Shown here: one piece after another, positions 19,252 through 29,279 of the stretch
How positions within the stretch are numbered: the stretch's first letter is position 1
Layout of the letters: the number at the start of each line of letters is the position of its first letter
Assembly: GCA_040218735.1 (NCBI GenBank)
Contig: JAVJQW010000017.1
Location: 288,001-352,000, forward strand
Source of the DNA: Deltaproteobacteria bacterium
GTDB taxonomy: Bacteria > Myxococcota > Kuafuiibacteriia > Kuafuiibacteriales > Kuafuiibacteriaceae
Length of the DNA stretch: 64,000 nt
Direction of reading: 5' to 3'
Translations under genes and position numbers: made by a program
Notes under the pieces: model-generated
Told to the model about the DNA's origin: nothing
The model's database searches: none
What the model saw: the letters and a program-made list of their open reading frames with translations, nothing else

Positions 19252-20075
19252 TGGGTGCGTTCGGCCAGCTCTCCGACCTGATCGGTCTGCGCGGTCCGCT
19301 CTCCGACACGCTGTTGATGGGCGTGCTGGTGTTGATGCGCATCGTCCCCATCATCTTCCAGACGCCGTTCCTCGGCGGAAAGCTCGTCCCGCCCGAGACC
19401 CGCATCGGTCTGTCGGTCGGGCTCGCGGTCCTCGTCTTCCCGTTCGCCAAGTCCGGGATGGACGGACCGCTCGACGTCAACTGGCTCGCGTTCCTGATCC
19501 TGCTGTTGAAGGAGCTCTTCTTGGGCTTCGTGATCGGCTTCGTCGCGACGGAGCTCTTCCTCGCGATGGAGATCGCAGGCCGCGGCCTCGACGTTTTGCG
19601 TGGCTCGAACATGGCCGAGGTGCAGGTCCCCGAGCTGCAGCTTCGTGTGTCCCCGATCGGTCAGTTCAACTTCCAGCTCCTGCTCGTGGTGTTCTGCGGG
19701 CTCAACGGGCACGGCCACTTCATCGAGAGCGTGATCAAGAGCTACGAGATGGTGTCGATCGACAAGTGGCCGGGCTTTTCGGCGGCCGGCTTCCAGACCT
19801 TCGTCGACGGCATCCTCATGTACACGGGCGACCTGTTCGCGGTCGCCTTCGGGCTGGTGTTCCCGGGCATGTTCGCCGCGTTCCTCGTCGACGTCGTGTT
19901 CGGCATGTTCAACCGCATCGCGCCGCAGCTGAACGCCTACTTCATGGCGATGGGTGTGAAGGCGCTCTCCGGCCTCATCATGTTCATGTTCGCGATGTCG
20001 CTGATGGTCGCGCAGATGGGACACCGCCTCGAGGAGTCGCTGCTGTTCATCCGCCGCATCGTGGCGTTCTTCTGA
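19251..20075 (+). CDS. sctT: T3SS export gate SctT/FliR
   Basis: TPFLGGKLVPPETRIG, EIAGRGLDVLRG and NRIAPQLNAYF motifs. Confidence 0.93.
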   Translation: MGAFGQLSDLIGLRGPLSDTLLMGVLVLMRIVPIIFQTPFLGGKLVPPETRIGLSVGLAVLVFPFAKSGMDGPLDVNWLAFLILLLKELFLGFVIGFVATELFLAMEIAGRGLDVLRGSNMAEVQVPELQLRVSPIGQFNFQLLLVVFCGLNGHGHFIESVIKSYEMVSIDKWPGFSAAGFQTFVDGILMYTGDLFAVAFGLVFPGMFAAFLVDVVFGMFNRIAPQLNAYFMAMGVKALSGLIMFMFAMSLMVAQMGHRLEESLLFIRRIVAFF

Positions 20076-20085
20076 GATCGAGAAC

Positions 20086-20655
20086 TCACGGCACCAGCTC
20101 GGACAGCAGCTCCGCGACACCACGCTTCACCCACGCGGTCAGCGAACCACGCCCTCCCAGGCCCCACTGGATGACAAGCCCGTGCCAGTGCGCCTCGACG
20201 AGCGGAGCGAGCGCGCTCGCACGCGCCCTCGACGCACCACATCGCTCGAGCGCACTCGTGATCTCGGTCCGCACCGCCTTCAGGTACCGTCGCGCCTTCC
20301 GATTTCGCGCAGGCACCGTCATGTCCCGCGCCAGGATCTGAAACGACCCGACGAGCACACGACGATCCCCCGTCCCTGCGGTGAGCGTCGCGAGCCACCG
20401 CGCCAGCTCGAGGCGGGGGTCTTCGGTCGGGGAACGCGGCCGGTCGAGCTGCGCCACGATCGACGCGGTGTGCCGGTCGATCACCGCTTCGATCAGCTCC
20501 ACCTTCGACCCGAACCGCTGCAGCAGCGTGGCGGGCGACAGACCCGCGATCTCCGCGAGCTGCGGGAGCGTCACACCGTCCGGGCCCTCCGCGAGGACCG
20601 TGGGACGGAGCGCGTCCAAGAGGTCGGCGTCCGAGACTCGTTTGCGCCGGGGCAT
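20086..20655 (-). CDS. TetR-family transcriptional regulator
   Basis: HTH VTLPQLAEIAGLSPATLLQRFGSKVEL. Confidence 0.9.
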   Translation of the reverse strand: MPRRKRVSDADLLDALRPTVLAEGPDGVTLPQLAEIAGLSPATLLQRFGSKVELIEAVIDRHTASIVAQLDRPRSPTEDPRLELARWLATLTAGTGDRRVLVGSFQILARDMTVPARNRKARRYLKAVRTEITSALERCGASRARASALAPLVEAHWHGLVIQWGLGGRGSLTAWVKRGVAELLSELVP

Positions 20656-20668
20656 TCCTCGCTTGTTT

Positions 20669-20688
20669 ATAAATGAGCATTCATTTAT
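20669..20688. promoter_or_regulatory. TetR operator (inverted repeat)
   Basis: Perfect palindrome ATAAATGA-GCAT-TCATTTAT between the divergent TetR and reductase genes. Confidence 0.75.
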
Positions 20689-20698
20689 CTACAACCTC

Positions 20699-21238
20699 AT
20701 GGCACGAATTCGGGTGTACATCGCCACCTCGATGGACGGCTTCATCGCCGGTCCGGAAGACGACCTCTCCTGGCTGCCGACCGCTCACATCGAGGAGACC
20801 GACGCGGTGACCTTCGAGGGATTTCTCGCCGACGTCGGCGTGCTCCTGATGGGGCGCCGGACCTACGACGTCGTCCGCGGGTTCGAAGGCGACTGGCCGT
20901 ACGGGGAGCTCCCGGTGCTCGTAGCGACGAGCCGCCCGCTCGACGACGCCCCCGCCACCGTCACCCCGGTCGGTGGGACGATCACGTCGATCCTCGCGGA
21001 GGCGAAGCAAGTCGCCGGCGAGCGGGACGTCTACCTCGACGGCGGCAACCTCGTTCAACAGGCGCTCGAAGCCGACGCGGTCGACGAGCTGATCGTCACC
21101 GTCGTCCCGATCCTCCTCGGCGCGGGCGTGCGGCTCTTCGGCGAGACGTCGAAGCGGATCCCGCTCCAGTTCGAGGCGCCCCAGCGCTACGGCAGCATGG
21201 TGCAGCTCCGCGCCCGACGCGCCGAGAGCCCGACGTGA
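20699..21238 (+). CDS. Dihydrofolate reductase/RibD C-terminal family protein
   Basis: YIATSMDGFIAG, LMGRRTY, YLDGG and VPILLGAGVRLF motifs. Confidence 0.9.
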   Translation: MARIRVYIATSMDGFIAGPEDDLSWLPTAHIEETDAVTFEGFLADVGVLLMGRRTYDVVRGFEGDWPYGELPVLVATSRPLDDAPATVTPVGGTITSILAEAKQVAGERDVYLDGGNLVQQALEADAVDELIVTVVPILLGAGVRLFGETSKRIPLQFEAPQRYGSMVQLRARRAESPT

Positions 21239-21314
21239 TCGCCGACCGCGACGCCGTCGAGCTCGTGCACCGCGTCCTTGCCGGCGGCGGACGCTTCCGA
21301 TCTCGACGAGCTGC

Positions 21315-21443
21315 TCAGTTGATCGCGAAGCAATAGATCCGGCCGATCGCCGATCGAGACGCCGTCGTAGTCGAACCGCGGCCCCGCGCCGATGCGATCG
21401 ACGCGCGTCGGTCGACCGTAGGTCGCGTCCGCCATCGCCGAGA
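21315..21443 (-). pseudogene. Internally deleted duplicate of the 3' part of the 22745..23806 gene
   Basis: 21315-21349 nearly matches 22745-22779 and 21349-21443 nearly matches 23108-23202. It retains the GRIYCFAIN* ending. Confidence 0.8.
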
Positions 21444-21542
21444 TCGTGGCGTTCTGCTGACGGACGCGAAGCCCACGCCGAATCGGCGTGCCGAATCAGC
21501 GTGGTCGTGGTCGACAGGGCCGTCTGGCGGAACAACACGGCC

Positions 21543-21558
21543 TGGCATGGCCCCTGCT
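21543..21558 (+). promoter_or_regulatory. Putative sigma54 promoter
   Basis: TGGCATG-GCCC-CTGCT, giving GG-N10-GC just upstream of ATG 21571. Confidence 0.45.
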
Positions 21559-21570
21559 TCGGGGCACGGC

Positions 21571-22734
21571 ATGTCGTACCGAATCGCCATCTGTACCCTC
21601 ACGGTCGGAATCGTTGCGTGTGGGGCTCCTACGGACACACCTCCCGCGGCCCCGGAAGCGACCGTGTCCGAGGGCCACGCGCTGTCGCTGTCCTCGAGCA
21701 ACCTCCTCGGATCGAGCTTCCGCCTTTCGTCCGTCAGCGCCTTCGGGGTGCTGCGAGGCTCCTCGCTCGACGCTGTCTCGCCGTACGCAGGAACCAACGC
21801 CCTGAGCGGCATCGGCCCGAACGGCATCAGCACGGACGGACTCAAAGGCGACCTCACCGGTCTGCTGGCGAACAGCTCCTCGGTCGCCGGCGACGAGCTG
21901 ATCGGCGCAGAGTTCCCGGCGCTCGGGACGAGCGGGAACATGACACTTCGCATCGCGAACGTGCGGCGCGGCGCGGGCGACAACCGGGACATCAACTACT
22001 ACGACGTCCGAGTTCTGGAGAACGACGGCACCGTCGTTCCGTTGTGCGGCCTCGACAGCTCGGGAAAACCGGTTCTGGCGATCGCCCTCCCGGGCGTCTG
22101 GGACGACGGAGGTTTCGACATCAACCCGGGTGGCTGGCTCGAGGCCGTCGACGAGTTCAGCTTCGCCTGCCACGGGAGCAGCGTCGCGAAGTGCTTCGAG
22201 ATGGGCTACAAGCCGTGGCGCCTCGAGGAGCAGAGCCTCATGCCCGCCGCGCACCAGGCGTGCGTCCGAATGCTTCGCGCCGACTACTGCGGGGATGGGG
22301 AGGCCCACACGACGGAAGGAACCCTGATCGGGTACTACGACGACCTCGGCGTGCAGCACAACGTCGACCAGCGCCGCCTGCTCGAAGCGACGTGGACCCC
22401 GTGGGGCGCCGCGTGCATCGAACGAACCCGAATCGCAAAGGCCTCGAAATCGCCCTGCGTGCGACGTCGAATGGCGACGAAGTGCGACCTCGAATCGTCC
22501 ACGACGCGAGGCCTCGTGCGGAGCACGCTGCCGAGCGCCAAGACCAGCGGCGATGACGATGACGATGACGGTGACGACGACAGCGACGACGACGATGACG
22601 GCGATGATGACGATGACGATGACGATGACGGTGACGACGACGACGAGGACGACGACGACGAGGACGACGACGACGACGAGGACGACGACGACGACGAGGA
22701 CGACGAGGACGACGACGATGATGACGACGACTGA
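21571..22734 (+). CDS. ADYC-domain lipoprotein with a poly-Asp tail
   Basis: IVAC lipobox; AKCFEMGYKPW and HQACVRMLRADYCGDG motifs; 60-residue acidic tail. Confidence 0.8.
   Translation: MSYRIAICTLTVGIVACGAPTDTPPAAPEATVSEGHALSLSSSNLLGSSFRLSSVSAFGVLRGSSLDAVSPYAGTNALSGIGPNGISTDGLKGDLTGLLANSSSVAGDELIGAEFPALGTSGNMTLRIANVRRGAGDNRDINYYDVRVLENDGTVVPLCGLDSSGKPVLAIALPGVWDDGGFDINPGGWLEAVDEFSFACHGSSVAKCFEMGYKPWRLEEQSLMPAAHQACVRMLRADYCGDGEAHTTEGTLIGYYDDLGVQHNVDQRRLLEATWTPWGAACIERTRIAKASKSPCVRRRMATKCDLESSTTRGLVRSTLPSAKTSGDDDDDDGDDDSDDDDDGDDDDDDDDDGDDDDEDDDDEDDDDDEDDDDDEDDEDDDDDDDD
22552..22731 (+). repeat. GAY/GAG trinucleotide repeat encoding poly-Asp/Glu
   Basis: 180 bp made almost entirely of GAC, GAT and GAG codons. 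Confidence 0.95.
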
Positions 22735-22744
22735 GGTCGTCTCG

Positions 22745-23806
22745 TCAGTTGATCGCGAAGCAGTAGATCCGGCCGATCGAGAGCGTCGACTCGAAGCTCG
22801 CCTGGTCGCAGCCCACGGTGTCGTGCGCGTCGTTCCACGTGCCCGACGAGAAGTCGGTGTCCTCGTGGCCCACGCGACAGATGCGGAAGGTGGCGTTCGA
22901 CGTCCAGTCTTCGCAGGTGAGCGGCGGGTCGTTGACCGGATCGCTGCCGCCGACGAGGCGGCCCTGCGAATCGGAGCCGGTGAGGATGTCGTGCGCGATG
23001 TCGAAGAGCGGGAACGGACCCTGCACGATCTCGAAGCCGCACTCCGACTTCTGCAGGTTCGCCGGGATGCCGGTGCCGCCGTTTTCGTGGTGAATCGCGG
23101 CGTGACTGCCGATCGAGACGCCGTCGTAGTTGAACCACGGCCCCGCGCCGATGCGATCGCGCGCGTCGATTCGACCGTAGGTCGCGTCCGCCATCGCCGA
23201 GAGGTACGCGCGCCAGGTGCGGCCGCCCGCGCCGGCCGCGGTCGCGGCCGCCTGGCAGATCGCGTCGGCGCCGGCGAGCCCGCCGAGGTTGCCGCCGGCC
23301 GCGCCCGAGCCCTGCTCGGTGAAGAAGAACGTCATCGTTGGCGCCGGGTTGCAGCCGGGGCCGCCGTCGCGCACGAAGCCACCGTCGCGCCCAGGCCCGC
23401 CGTCGCGCGGGGGGCCACCGTCGCGCGGCGCGGGTCCACCGTCGCGCGGCGCGGGACCTGCGTCGCGCACGCCCGCGTCCCGTGGCGGACCTGCGTCGAC
23501 GCCTTCACCGGCGTCGCGCACCCCGGCGTCCCGATCGCCGGCGTCGCGGTCACCGCCGTCGCGGTCTCCGCCGTCGACGACGCCGCCGTCCCGATCACCT
23601 CCGGCGCCGCCGTCTCGCTCACCCGCGTCGCGCTCTGTCGCGCCCGCGTCCACGCCGCCATCACGCGCGACCGCGTCGCCGCCGTCGCGCTGCCCTTGGG
23701 GCGGCGGCATGTTCGTCGAGATCTCGTCGTCGCCCGTTCCGCAGGCGACGGTGAGCGTCAGGGAAGCGAGCGCCACGAGGGCGCCCGACGGGATCCGCCG
23801 CGGCAT
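22745..23806 (-). CDS. Lipoprotein with RDGG/RDAG repeats and a lectin/endostatin-like C-terminal domain
   Basis: TVAC lipobox; GGLAGADAICQ, TWRAYLS, DARDRIGAGPW and IYCFA motifs. Confidence 0.75.
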   Translation of the reverse strand: MPRRIPSGALVALASLTLTVACGTGDDEISTNMPPPQGQRDGGDAVARDGGVDAGATERDAGERDGGAGGDRDGGVVDGGDRDGGDRDAGDRDAGVRDAGEGVDAGPPRDAGVRDAGPAPRDGGPAPRDGGPPRDGGPGRDGGFVRDGGPGCNPAPTMTFFFTEQGSGAAGGNLGGLAGADAICQAAATAAGAGGRTWRAYLSAMADATYGRIDARDRIGAGPWFNYDGVSIGSHAAIHHENGGTGIPANLQKSECGFEIVQGPFPLFDIAHDILTGSDSQGRLVGGSDPVNDPPLTCEDWTSNATFRICRVGHEDTDFSSGTWNDAHDTVGCDQASFESTLSIGRIYCFAIN

Positions 23807-23841
23807 GGTCCGACCAAGCTACCGCGGATCCGCCGCCGACT

Positions 23842-24495
23842 TCACGCCCCCTTCTTCAGCACCTCGGGGTACGCCTTCTCCAGCTTCTCCAACTTCGCGG
23901 GCACCCACATCCGCACGTAACCGTGGTCCGGGTGCAGCCGGACGAAGTCTTGGTGATAGGCCTCGGCGGGGAAGAACTTCGCCAGGCGCTCGAGCTTCGT
24001 GACGATCCCACCGCCGAAGTACTTGTCGTTGATCTGCTCGATGTACGCGGCCGCGACCTTCTTCTGCTCCTCGTCCGCGTAGAAGACCGCGCTGCGGTAC
24101 TGCGTTCCGCGGTCCGGCCCCTGGCGGTTGAGCGTCGTCGGGTCGTGCGTGGTGAACAGCACCTGGAGCAGCTGCCCGAAAGTCACCTTCTGGGGGTCGT
24201 ACGTGATCTCCACCACCTCCGCGTGCTGCGTGATCCCCGACGACACCTTCTTGTAGTCGGCGTTCTCCTTCGAGTCCCCGGCGTAGCCCGACACCACGGA
24301 CTTCACCCCCTCGACCCGCTCGAACACCGCCTCGACACACCAAAAACACCCCGCCGCGAACACGGCCTTGGCCGTCTCGCCCTTCGCCGCGACGTCCTGC
24401 TTCGGCTTCGGCAGCGTCTTCGCGGCGGCCTGCTGCACGCAGGCGCTCGCGGTGAACAGGGCAGCGGTGAACGTCAGGAGCGCTAGCGATCGCAT
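23842..24495 (-). CDS. msrA: Peptide methionine sulfoxide reductase A (exported)
   Basis: GCFWCVE, HDPTTLNRQGPDRGTQYRS and AEAYHQDF motifs; signal peptide. Confidence 0.95.
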   Translation of the reverse strand: MRSLALLTFTAALFTASACVQQAAAKTLPKPKQDVAAKGETAKAVFAAGCFWCVEAVFERVEGVKSVVSGYAGDSKENADYKKVSSGITQHAEVVEITYDPQKVTFGQLLQVLFTTHDPTTLNRQGPDRGTQYRSAVFYADEEQKKVAAAYIEQINDKYFGGGIVTKLERLAKFFPAEAYHQDFVRLHPDHGYVRMWVPAKLEKLEKAYPEVLKKGA

Positions 24496-24589
24496 CTGCC
24501 CAAGAGTATGCGCGAAGCGACAAAAGGTTTCGTCCGAATCGAGATCAGTTGCCGGATCGCGTCATCTGCGCCCACGATCCACGACGAAC

Positions 24590-25921
24590 GTGCCTCGGAT
24601 CGGGAACATCCAGGCGGCGAGCTGGCGCACCACGAACGCGCCGCTGCCCTCGGCGGTCCGGCTGCTGACGCCCGACGTCCCCCGCGTCCCCGGCTCGAGC
24701 GCCCCCGCCCGCACCGGACGTGTCTGGGGCCCCGGCCTCCTCGGCGTCTCGTTCACGACGCTCGCGGACCGCGCGCAGCGCATCTACAACGACGACAACA
24801 CGAAGCTCGACGCCGTCTCGATGGAGCTGATCCTCGGCGCCGAGAAGCTCCTCGACGCCCACGGGGTTCAGTACAGCCACACCAAGACGACCGACGGCTT
24901 CTTCGCGCTGCAGATCGAGCCGAACGACGGCGGCAACCTGCTCAGCGACCCGGCGCACGATCTGTCGACCCACCTCGGCGGCTTCCGATTCCTCTACAGC
25001 CCCGGGAAGCTGATCGCGCGCGGCAGCAACGGCGACCACTGGCGCTTCACCCGCGAGCTCTGCCTCGCGCACCAGTCGATTCAGGACATGCGCCTCGACC
25101 CCGTGACCGTGCACGAGATGGAACACACCGTCCTCTCGCGCGCGGAGGAGAAAGGCATCCCGCAGCTCCTCACCGGGTGCTTCCAGTCGAACCCCGGCGG
25201 CGCGATCCCGACCGACACCCACGGCATCGGCGGCTACGTCGGCTACCTCTCGATCCAGGAGGTCTCCGCGTACTCGGAGCAGTGCTTCGTCCACGCGAAC
25301 CGCATCCGAGCCGTGGACTTCGACGCCGACCACGCGGACGAGGTCGAGCAGCTCCGCGAGGCCTCGTCGTGGGGCACCGCGCTCGCGCAGCGGATCGGGA
25401 ACATCGCCGAGGAGCTGGAGGGGGTGCTCGCCCGCCGTCCGCCGGTGCACGCCAAGCTCGACGACGCCGACGTGATCGTCAGCGCCGACGGCGAGATCCT
25501 CGACACGACGGACGCCCAGCTCGGCGAGCACGTTCGCATCGAGCGCTTCCCGCTGACGATCCAGCCCTTCGGCAAGGACGAGCCGTTCCCCGTCAGCCAG
25601 CCGCGTGTCTTCCTCCAGATCCGCGGCATGCCGTACTCGACCTCCGTCCCGCTCCCCCAGGCCGAAGCCGCCGTGCACGCGGGGGACTACACCGGCGTGC
25701 GCGATCAGCTCGGCGATCACTTCACGCGCCTGAAGGACGCATGCCGCGAGCTGGAGGGCGCCTTCAAGAAGGTGTGGGACGAGACGGAGCGCCTCCAGAG
25801 CACCCGCCCGCTCGAACGCCAGCACCTCGACACGCTGGTGAACGACATCCTCGCGCTGCGCGACCTCACGAAGTCGCTGACGTGGAGCTACCGCAACACG
25901 TTCGACCCGCCGCCGGGTTAG
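24590..25921 (+). CDS. Putative zincin metallopeptidase, candidate effector
   Basis: VHEMEH (HExxH) plus downstream QEVSAY; Pro/Ser/Thr-rich N-terminus with no signal peptide. Start uncertain. Confidence 0.55.
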   Translation: MPRIGNIQAASWRTTNAPLPSAVRLLTPDVPRVPGSSAPARTGRVWGPGLLGVSFTTLADRAQRIYNDDNTKLDAVSMELILGAEKLLDAHGVQYSHTKTTDGFFALQIEPNDGGNLLSDPAHDLSTHLGGFRFLYSPGKLIARGSNGDHWRFTRELCLAHQSIQDMRLDPVTVHEMEHTVLSRAEEKGIPQLLTGCFQSNPGGAIPTDTHGIGGYVGYLSIQEVSAYSEQCFVHANRIRAVDFDADHADEVEQLREASSWGTALAQRIGNIAEELEGVLARRPPVHAKLDDADVIVSADGEILDTTDAQLGEHVRIERFPLTIQPFGKDEPFPVSQPRVFLQIRGMPYSTSVPLPQAEAAVHAGDYTGVRDQLGDHFTRLKDACRELEGAFKKVWDETERLQSTRPLERQHLDTLVNDILALRDLTKSLTWSYRNTFDPPPG

Positions 25922-27018
25922 AGCCGTGCGCCGGGCACGCCGATGTCCGACCACATGCGGTGGATCGCGGTGAACGCGCCGCGCCGACCGAGGTGCACGA
26001 GGTGGCTCCCCGGGAACGTCTCGAGGGGCGCGTCGAAGTGCGCTGCGAGGCGCTCGGCCTCGGAGACCGGCGTGATGCGATCCGCCGCGCCGGCGATTAC
26101 GAGGCGCCCCGCACGATCCACGACGGAGGGGCGCGCGACGGGCGACACCGGGCGGTACATCCGCTCGAGCAGCTCGTACTGACGCTGCTGCTGCGAGGGC
26201 GTTCCATTCAAACGACCGCGCTCCCGCGCGAACGCCGGCACCGACACGAGCGGTATCACCGGGACCACGAAGCCGAGGCGAGGCTCCACCGTGGACAGCA
26301 ACGCGCTCGTGTAGCCGCCGAGCGACATGCCCATCACGCCGACGGTCGTCGCGCCGCGCTGGTCGAGCCAGCGAACGAACGTACGGAGGTCGTGGATCGC
26401 CTGGCGGAAGCCTTCGATGTTGAAGCGCGGGTCGCTGCTCGGGAAGGCCGGCATCCCGCCGCGGCGAATCGCGCCGCGCACGCCGTGGAAGGGGAGCACG
26501 AACAGCGCGACGTCGAACCCACGACGCAGGAACGATCGCACCGGCCAGATGTAGCGCTCGAACATGTGCACGCCGCCGAGGTAGCCGTGCAGGAGGACGA
26601 CCGCGGGCCGGTTGCCGCCGCGCTTGCGCCAGACCCGCGCGTGGGCGCGTTCGTTGAGGCCGTGGCGTTCGTAGCGTTCGCGGATCTCGGGCGCACGGAC
26701 GTAGGGGTCGTAGTCGCTCGCCCAGGTGACGTCGACGACGAGGTTGTCGCCGCGTTTGGACCGCACGCGCTCGCGGACGTCGCGCGGTGCGACGGAGGGC
26801 ATGAAGAAGGCGCTCGGGTCTTCGACCAATCGCGGGTCGTCGAAGAGGTGGACGTTGGCTTCGAGCTGCGCGATGCGCTCGTCGGCCGCGTAGCGCTCCG
26901 CGGCGTCGCGACCGCCGTACTTGAGGATGGCGCGGGCGAACGTGCGGTCGACCGTCGATGCGACGTGTCTCCTCACCCCGGCCCTCTGCGGACGAACGAG
27001 TGTTCCGACCGACACCAT
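25918..27018 (-). CDS. Alpha/beta hydrolase
   Basis: LLHG, GMSLGG nucleophile elbow, ADRIT and GSH. Confidence 0.88.
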   Translation of the reverse strand: MVSVGTLVRPQRAGVRRHVASTVDRTFARAILKYGGRDAAERYAADERIAQLEANVHLFDDPRLVEDPSAFFMPSVAPRDVRERVRSKRGDNLVVDVTWASDYDPYVRAPEIRERYERHGLNERAHARVWRKRGGNRPAVVLLHGYLGGVHMFERYIWPVRSFLRRGFDVALFVLPFHGVRGAIRRGGMPAFPSSDPRFNIEGFRQAIHDLRTFVRWLDQRGATTVGVMGMSLGGYTSALLSTVEPRLGFVVPVIPLVSVPAFARERGRLNGTPSQQQRQYELLERMYRPVSPVARPSVVDRAGRLVIAGAADRITPVSEAERLAAHFDAPLETFPGSHLVHLGRRGAFTAIHRMWSDIGVPGARL

Positions 27019-27078
27019 TCGTTGGATTCTACTGAACCGAAGCGTGACCGGTCGATAGAGGCCATCCCCGGGTCACTT

Positions 27079-29202
27079 TCAGAAGCGCGCAGTCGCGCTC
27101 AGCTGCCACCAGCGACCGGGTTGTGGATAGGGGTGCTGCACGCTCCCGCCTTGGAAGTACTTCGCGTCGAGCGCGTTGAAGACACGTGCGTCGAGCTTCA
27201 TCTGCTCGAGCCCCGGGAGCGTCCACCGGATCCCCGCGTTGACGACGAAGGCGGCGTCGACCTCGAAGTCCGGGTCCGAGTAATCCGGTCCGCCGGCGTA
27301 CGCCACGCTGATCGGAGAGAACTGCGAACCGACGTAGCGCAACGTGAGGTTCAGCCAGAGCTCCTGCCCGATCGTCCACAGCGGGTTGAAGTCGAGCACC
27401 GCATTTGCCGTAAGCGACGGCACGGCGTGGATGGCGGCCCCCGTCGTCCCGTAGTTCTCCGCGTCGACCGCGCGCTGGTACGTCGCGTTGACGAGCGCCT
27501 TGAACATGCTCGCCGAGTACGACACCTCGTTCTCGACGCCGGCCGCGGCCAGGTGCCCCGCGTTCTGGTAGATCGGCTCGTCCGCCGCCGCCGCGTTGTT
27601 CCGGAAGATGAAGTCCGCGAAGTAGCTGTAGAACAGGTTGGCGGTCGCCTTCAGGCGACCGTCGAGGAACGTCAGCGTCGGCGTGAGCTGCGCGGCCGAG
27701 AGCCGCTCCGGGCGGAGGAACTCACCGCCGCGATAACTCGCGAGTGAGTTGTAGCGGTACCAGTACGGCGCATCCACGAACGACTGCGCGAAGGACGCCT
27801 TGAGGCTGAACACGTCCGCCGGGAGCCACACCACGGCGATGCGCGGGCTGAGGTTGTGGATGTCGTCGCCGCGCAGGCGTTGTTTGATGTCGTAGCGCGC
27901 GCCGGCGTTGAAGAGGAGCTGCGGCGTGAGCTCGTGACGGATCTGCGCGAAGGCGGAGAGCGACTGCTCCGAGCCGACCTCGAGGAGCTGGTCCTCGCTC
28001 GAGTCTCCGAAGCGCGTCCACTCACCGCCGGTCTGAATCGGGAACGCGCTGTCGTACAGCGTCGTGCCGTCGACCTGTCCACCGATGAGGATCGAGCCCT
28101 GCCCCAGCAGCGTGTACGCCTTGCGGAGCTGGACGATCGCGCCCAGATCGTACTCGTCCCAGGTGAGGAAGCCCGCGGTCGCCGTGGTCGGATCGATGAC
28201 GAGGGTCCCGCGCAGCTCACTCGCGTCGAAGTAGCCATACACGTCGAGCTCGACGCCGCCGAGCGACTCGAAGACGTGGTCGAGGCCGAGCCCGAGGTGC
28301 GTGGACGTCTGGCGGACGCCGGTGCCGATCCCGAACATCGTTCGGATCGCCTCGCGATCGTAGAGGCGGCCCGTCGGCGAGCCGGCGTCCGTGAACGGCG
28401 AGGCGTACGAACCGGCGCGACGGCTCGCCAGCAGACGCAGCTCGCCGAACCGATACGTCGCGCCGACGTCGTAGGAGAGCGGGTCCGCGAAGCGCCCGAG
28501 CCACGCTTCGCCCGCGCGCGGCACGGGTTCGTAGGAACGGTCGGCGGGGACGTCGACGCGCTCGCCGGCGGCGGCGTACGCGGTGCCCCACAACGTGAGC
28601 GCGTGGTCCTCGTCGAACTGCTGCCCGATGACGACGCTCCCGCGGTACGCGTCGAAGGCGCCGAACCCGAGCGTGACCTCGGTGCCGCCGAGCTTCTTTG
28701 CGTCACGCGTGATGAGGTTGACGACACCGCCCAGCGCGACGTTGCCGTACAGCGAAGATCCCGGGCCGCGGAGGATCTCGATGCGCTCGATGCTGTCGAG
28801 GCCGATGCTGTAGTCCGGCGGCGCGGAGGAGTACGCGCGCGAGTTGAGGCGATGCCCGTCGCGAAGGATGAGGATCTTCTGCTGCGAGCTCCCGTACACG
28901 CCGCGCACGGCGACGTTGAGCTCGTTGTGATCCTGCGCGTTCGTATAACCGGGGACGAACGTGACGAGGGCGTCGCGGAGGTTCCGCACGCCGCTGCGCT
29001 CGATCATCTCGCGCGTGATCACCGTGACGGGGACCGGCGTCTCCGCGAGGGACTCCACCTCGCGCGACGCGGAGACGACCTTCACGTCCATCAGCTGGTC
29101 GAGCGAGAGGTCCAACAGCTCGTCCGCCGGAGCGGCGAGCGCGGAGGAGGGCCCGCCCAAAGCGAGCAACGCGACCGTCGAATTCAACCTCCCCCGGTTC
29201 AT
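27079..29202 (-). CDS. TonB-dependent receptor
   Basis: LSLDQLMDVKVVSASR, IERIEILRGPGSSLYG plug motif and a terminal Phe. Confidence 0.93.
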   Translation of the reverse strand: MNRGRLNSTVALLALGGPSSALAAPADELLDLSLDQLMDVKVVSASREVESLAETPVPVTVITREMIERSGVRNLRDALVTFVPGYTNAQDHNELNVAVRGVYGSSQQKILILRDGHRLNSRAYSSAPPDYSIGLDSIERIEILRGPGSSLYGNVALGGVVNLITRDAKKLGGTEVTLGFGAFDAYRGSVVIGQQFDEDHALTLWGTAYAAAGERVDVPADRSYEPVPRAGEAWLGRFADPLSYDVGATYRFGELRLLASRRAGSYASPFTDAGSPTGRLYDREAIRTMFGIGTGVRQTSTHLGLGLDHVFESLGGVELDVYGYFDASELRGTLVIDPTTATAGFLTWDEYDLGAIVQLRKAYTLLGQGSILIGGQVDGTTLYDSAFPIQTGGEWTRFGDSSEDQLLEVGSEQSLSAFAQIRHELTPQLLFNAGARYDIKQRLRGDDIHNLSPRIAVVWLPADVFSLKASFAQSFVDAPYWYRYNSLASYRGGEFLRPERLSAAQLTPTLTFLDGRLKATANLFYSYFADFIFRNNAAAADEPIYQNAGHLAAAGVENEVSYSASMFKALVNATYQRAVDAENYGTTGAAIHAVPSLTANAVLDFNPLWTIGQELWLNLTLRYVGSQFSPISVAYAGGPDYSDPDFEVDAAFVVNAGIRWTLPGLEQMKLDARVFNALDAKYFQGGSVQHPYPQPGRWWQLSATARF

Positions 29203-29279
29203 CGGCGTGGCGATCCTGAATCGCCCTAGGGGGATTCATCGGTCGGCCGGTGCCGGACTGGAGCCGGATACGTGGTGGA

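Noticed and set aside
22335-23920. Poly-Ser and poly-Thr ORFs
   Set aside because: These are alternative frames of the poly-Asp repeat.
24508-27747. Long Arg-rich ORFs (1079 aa here, and similar ones elsewhere)
   Set aside because: They are off-frame or antisense shadows of recognisable genes in high-GC DNA.
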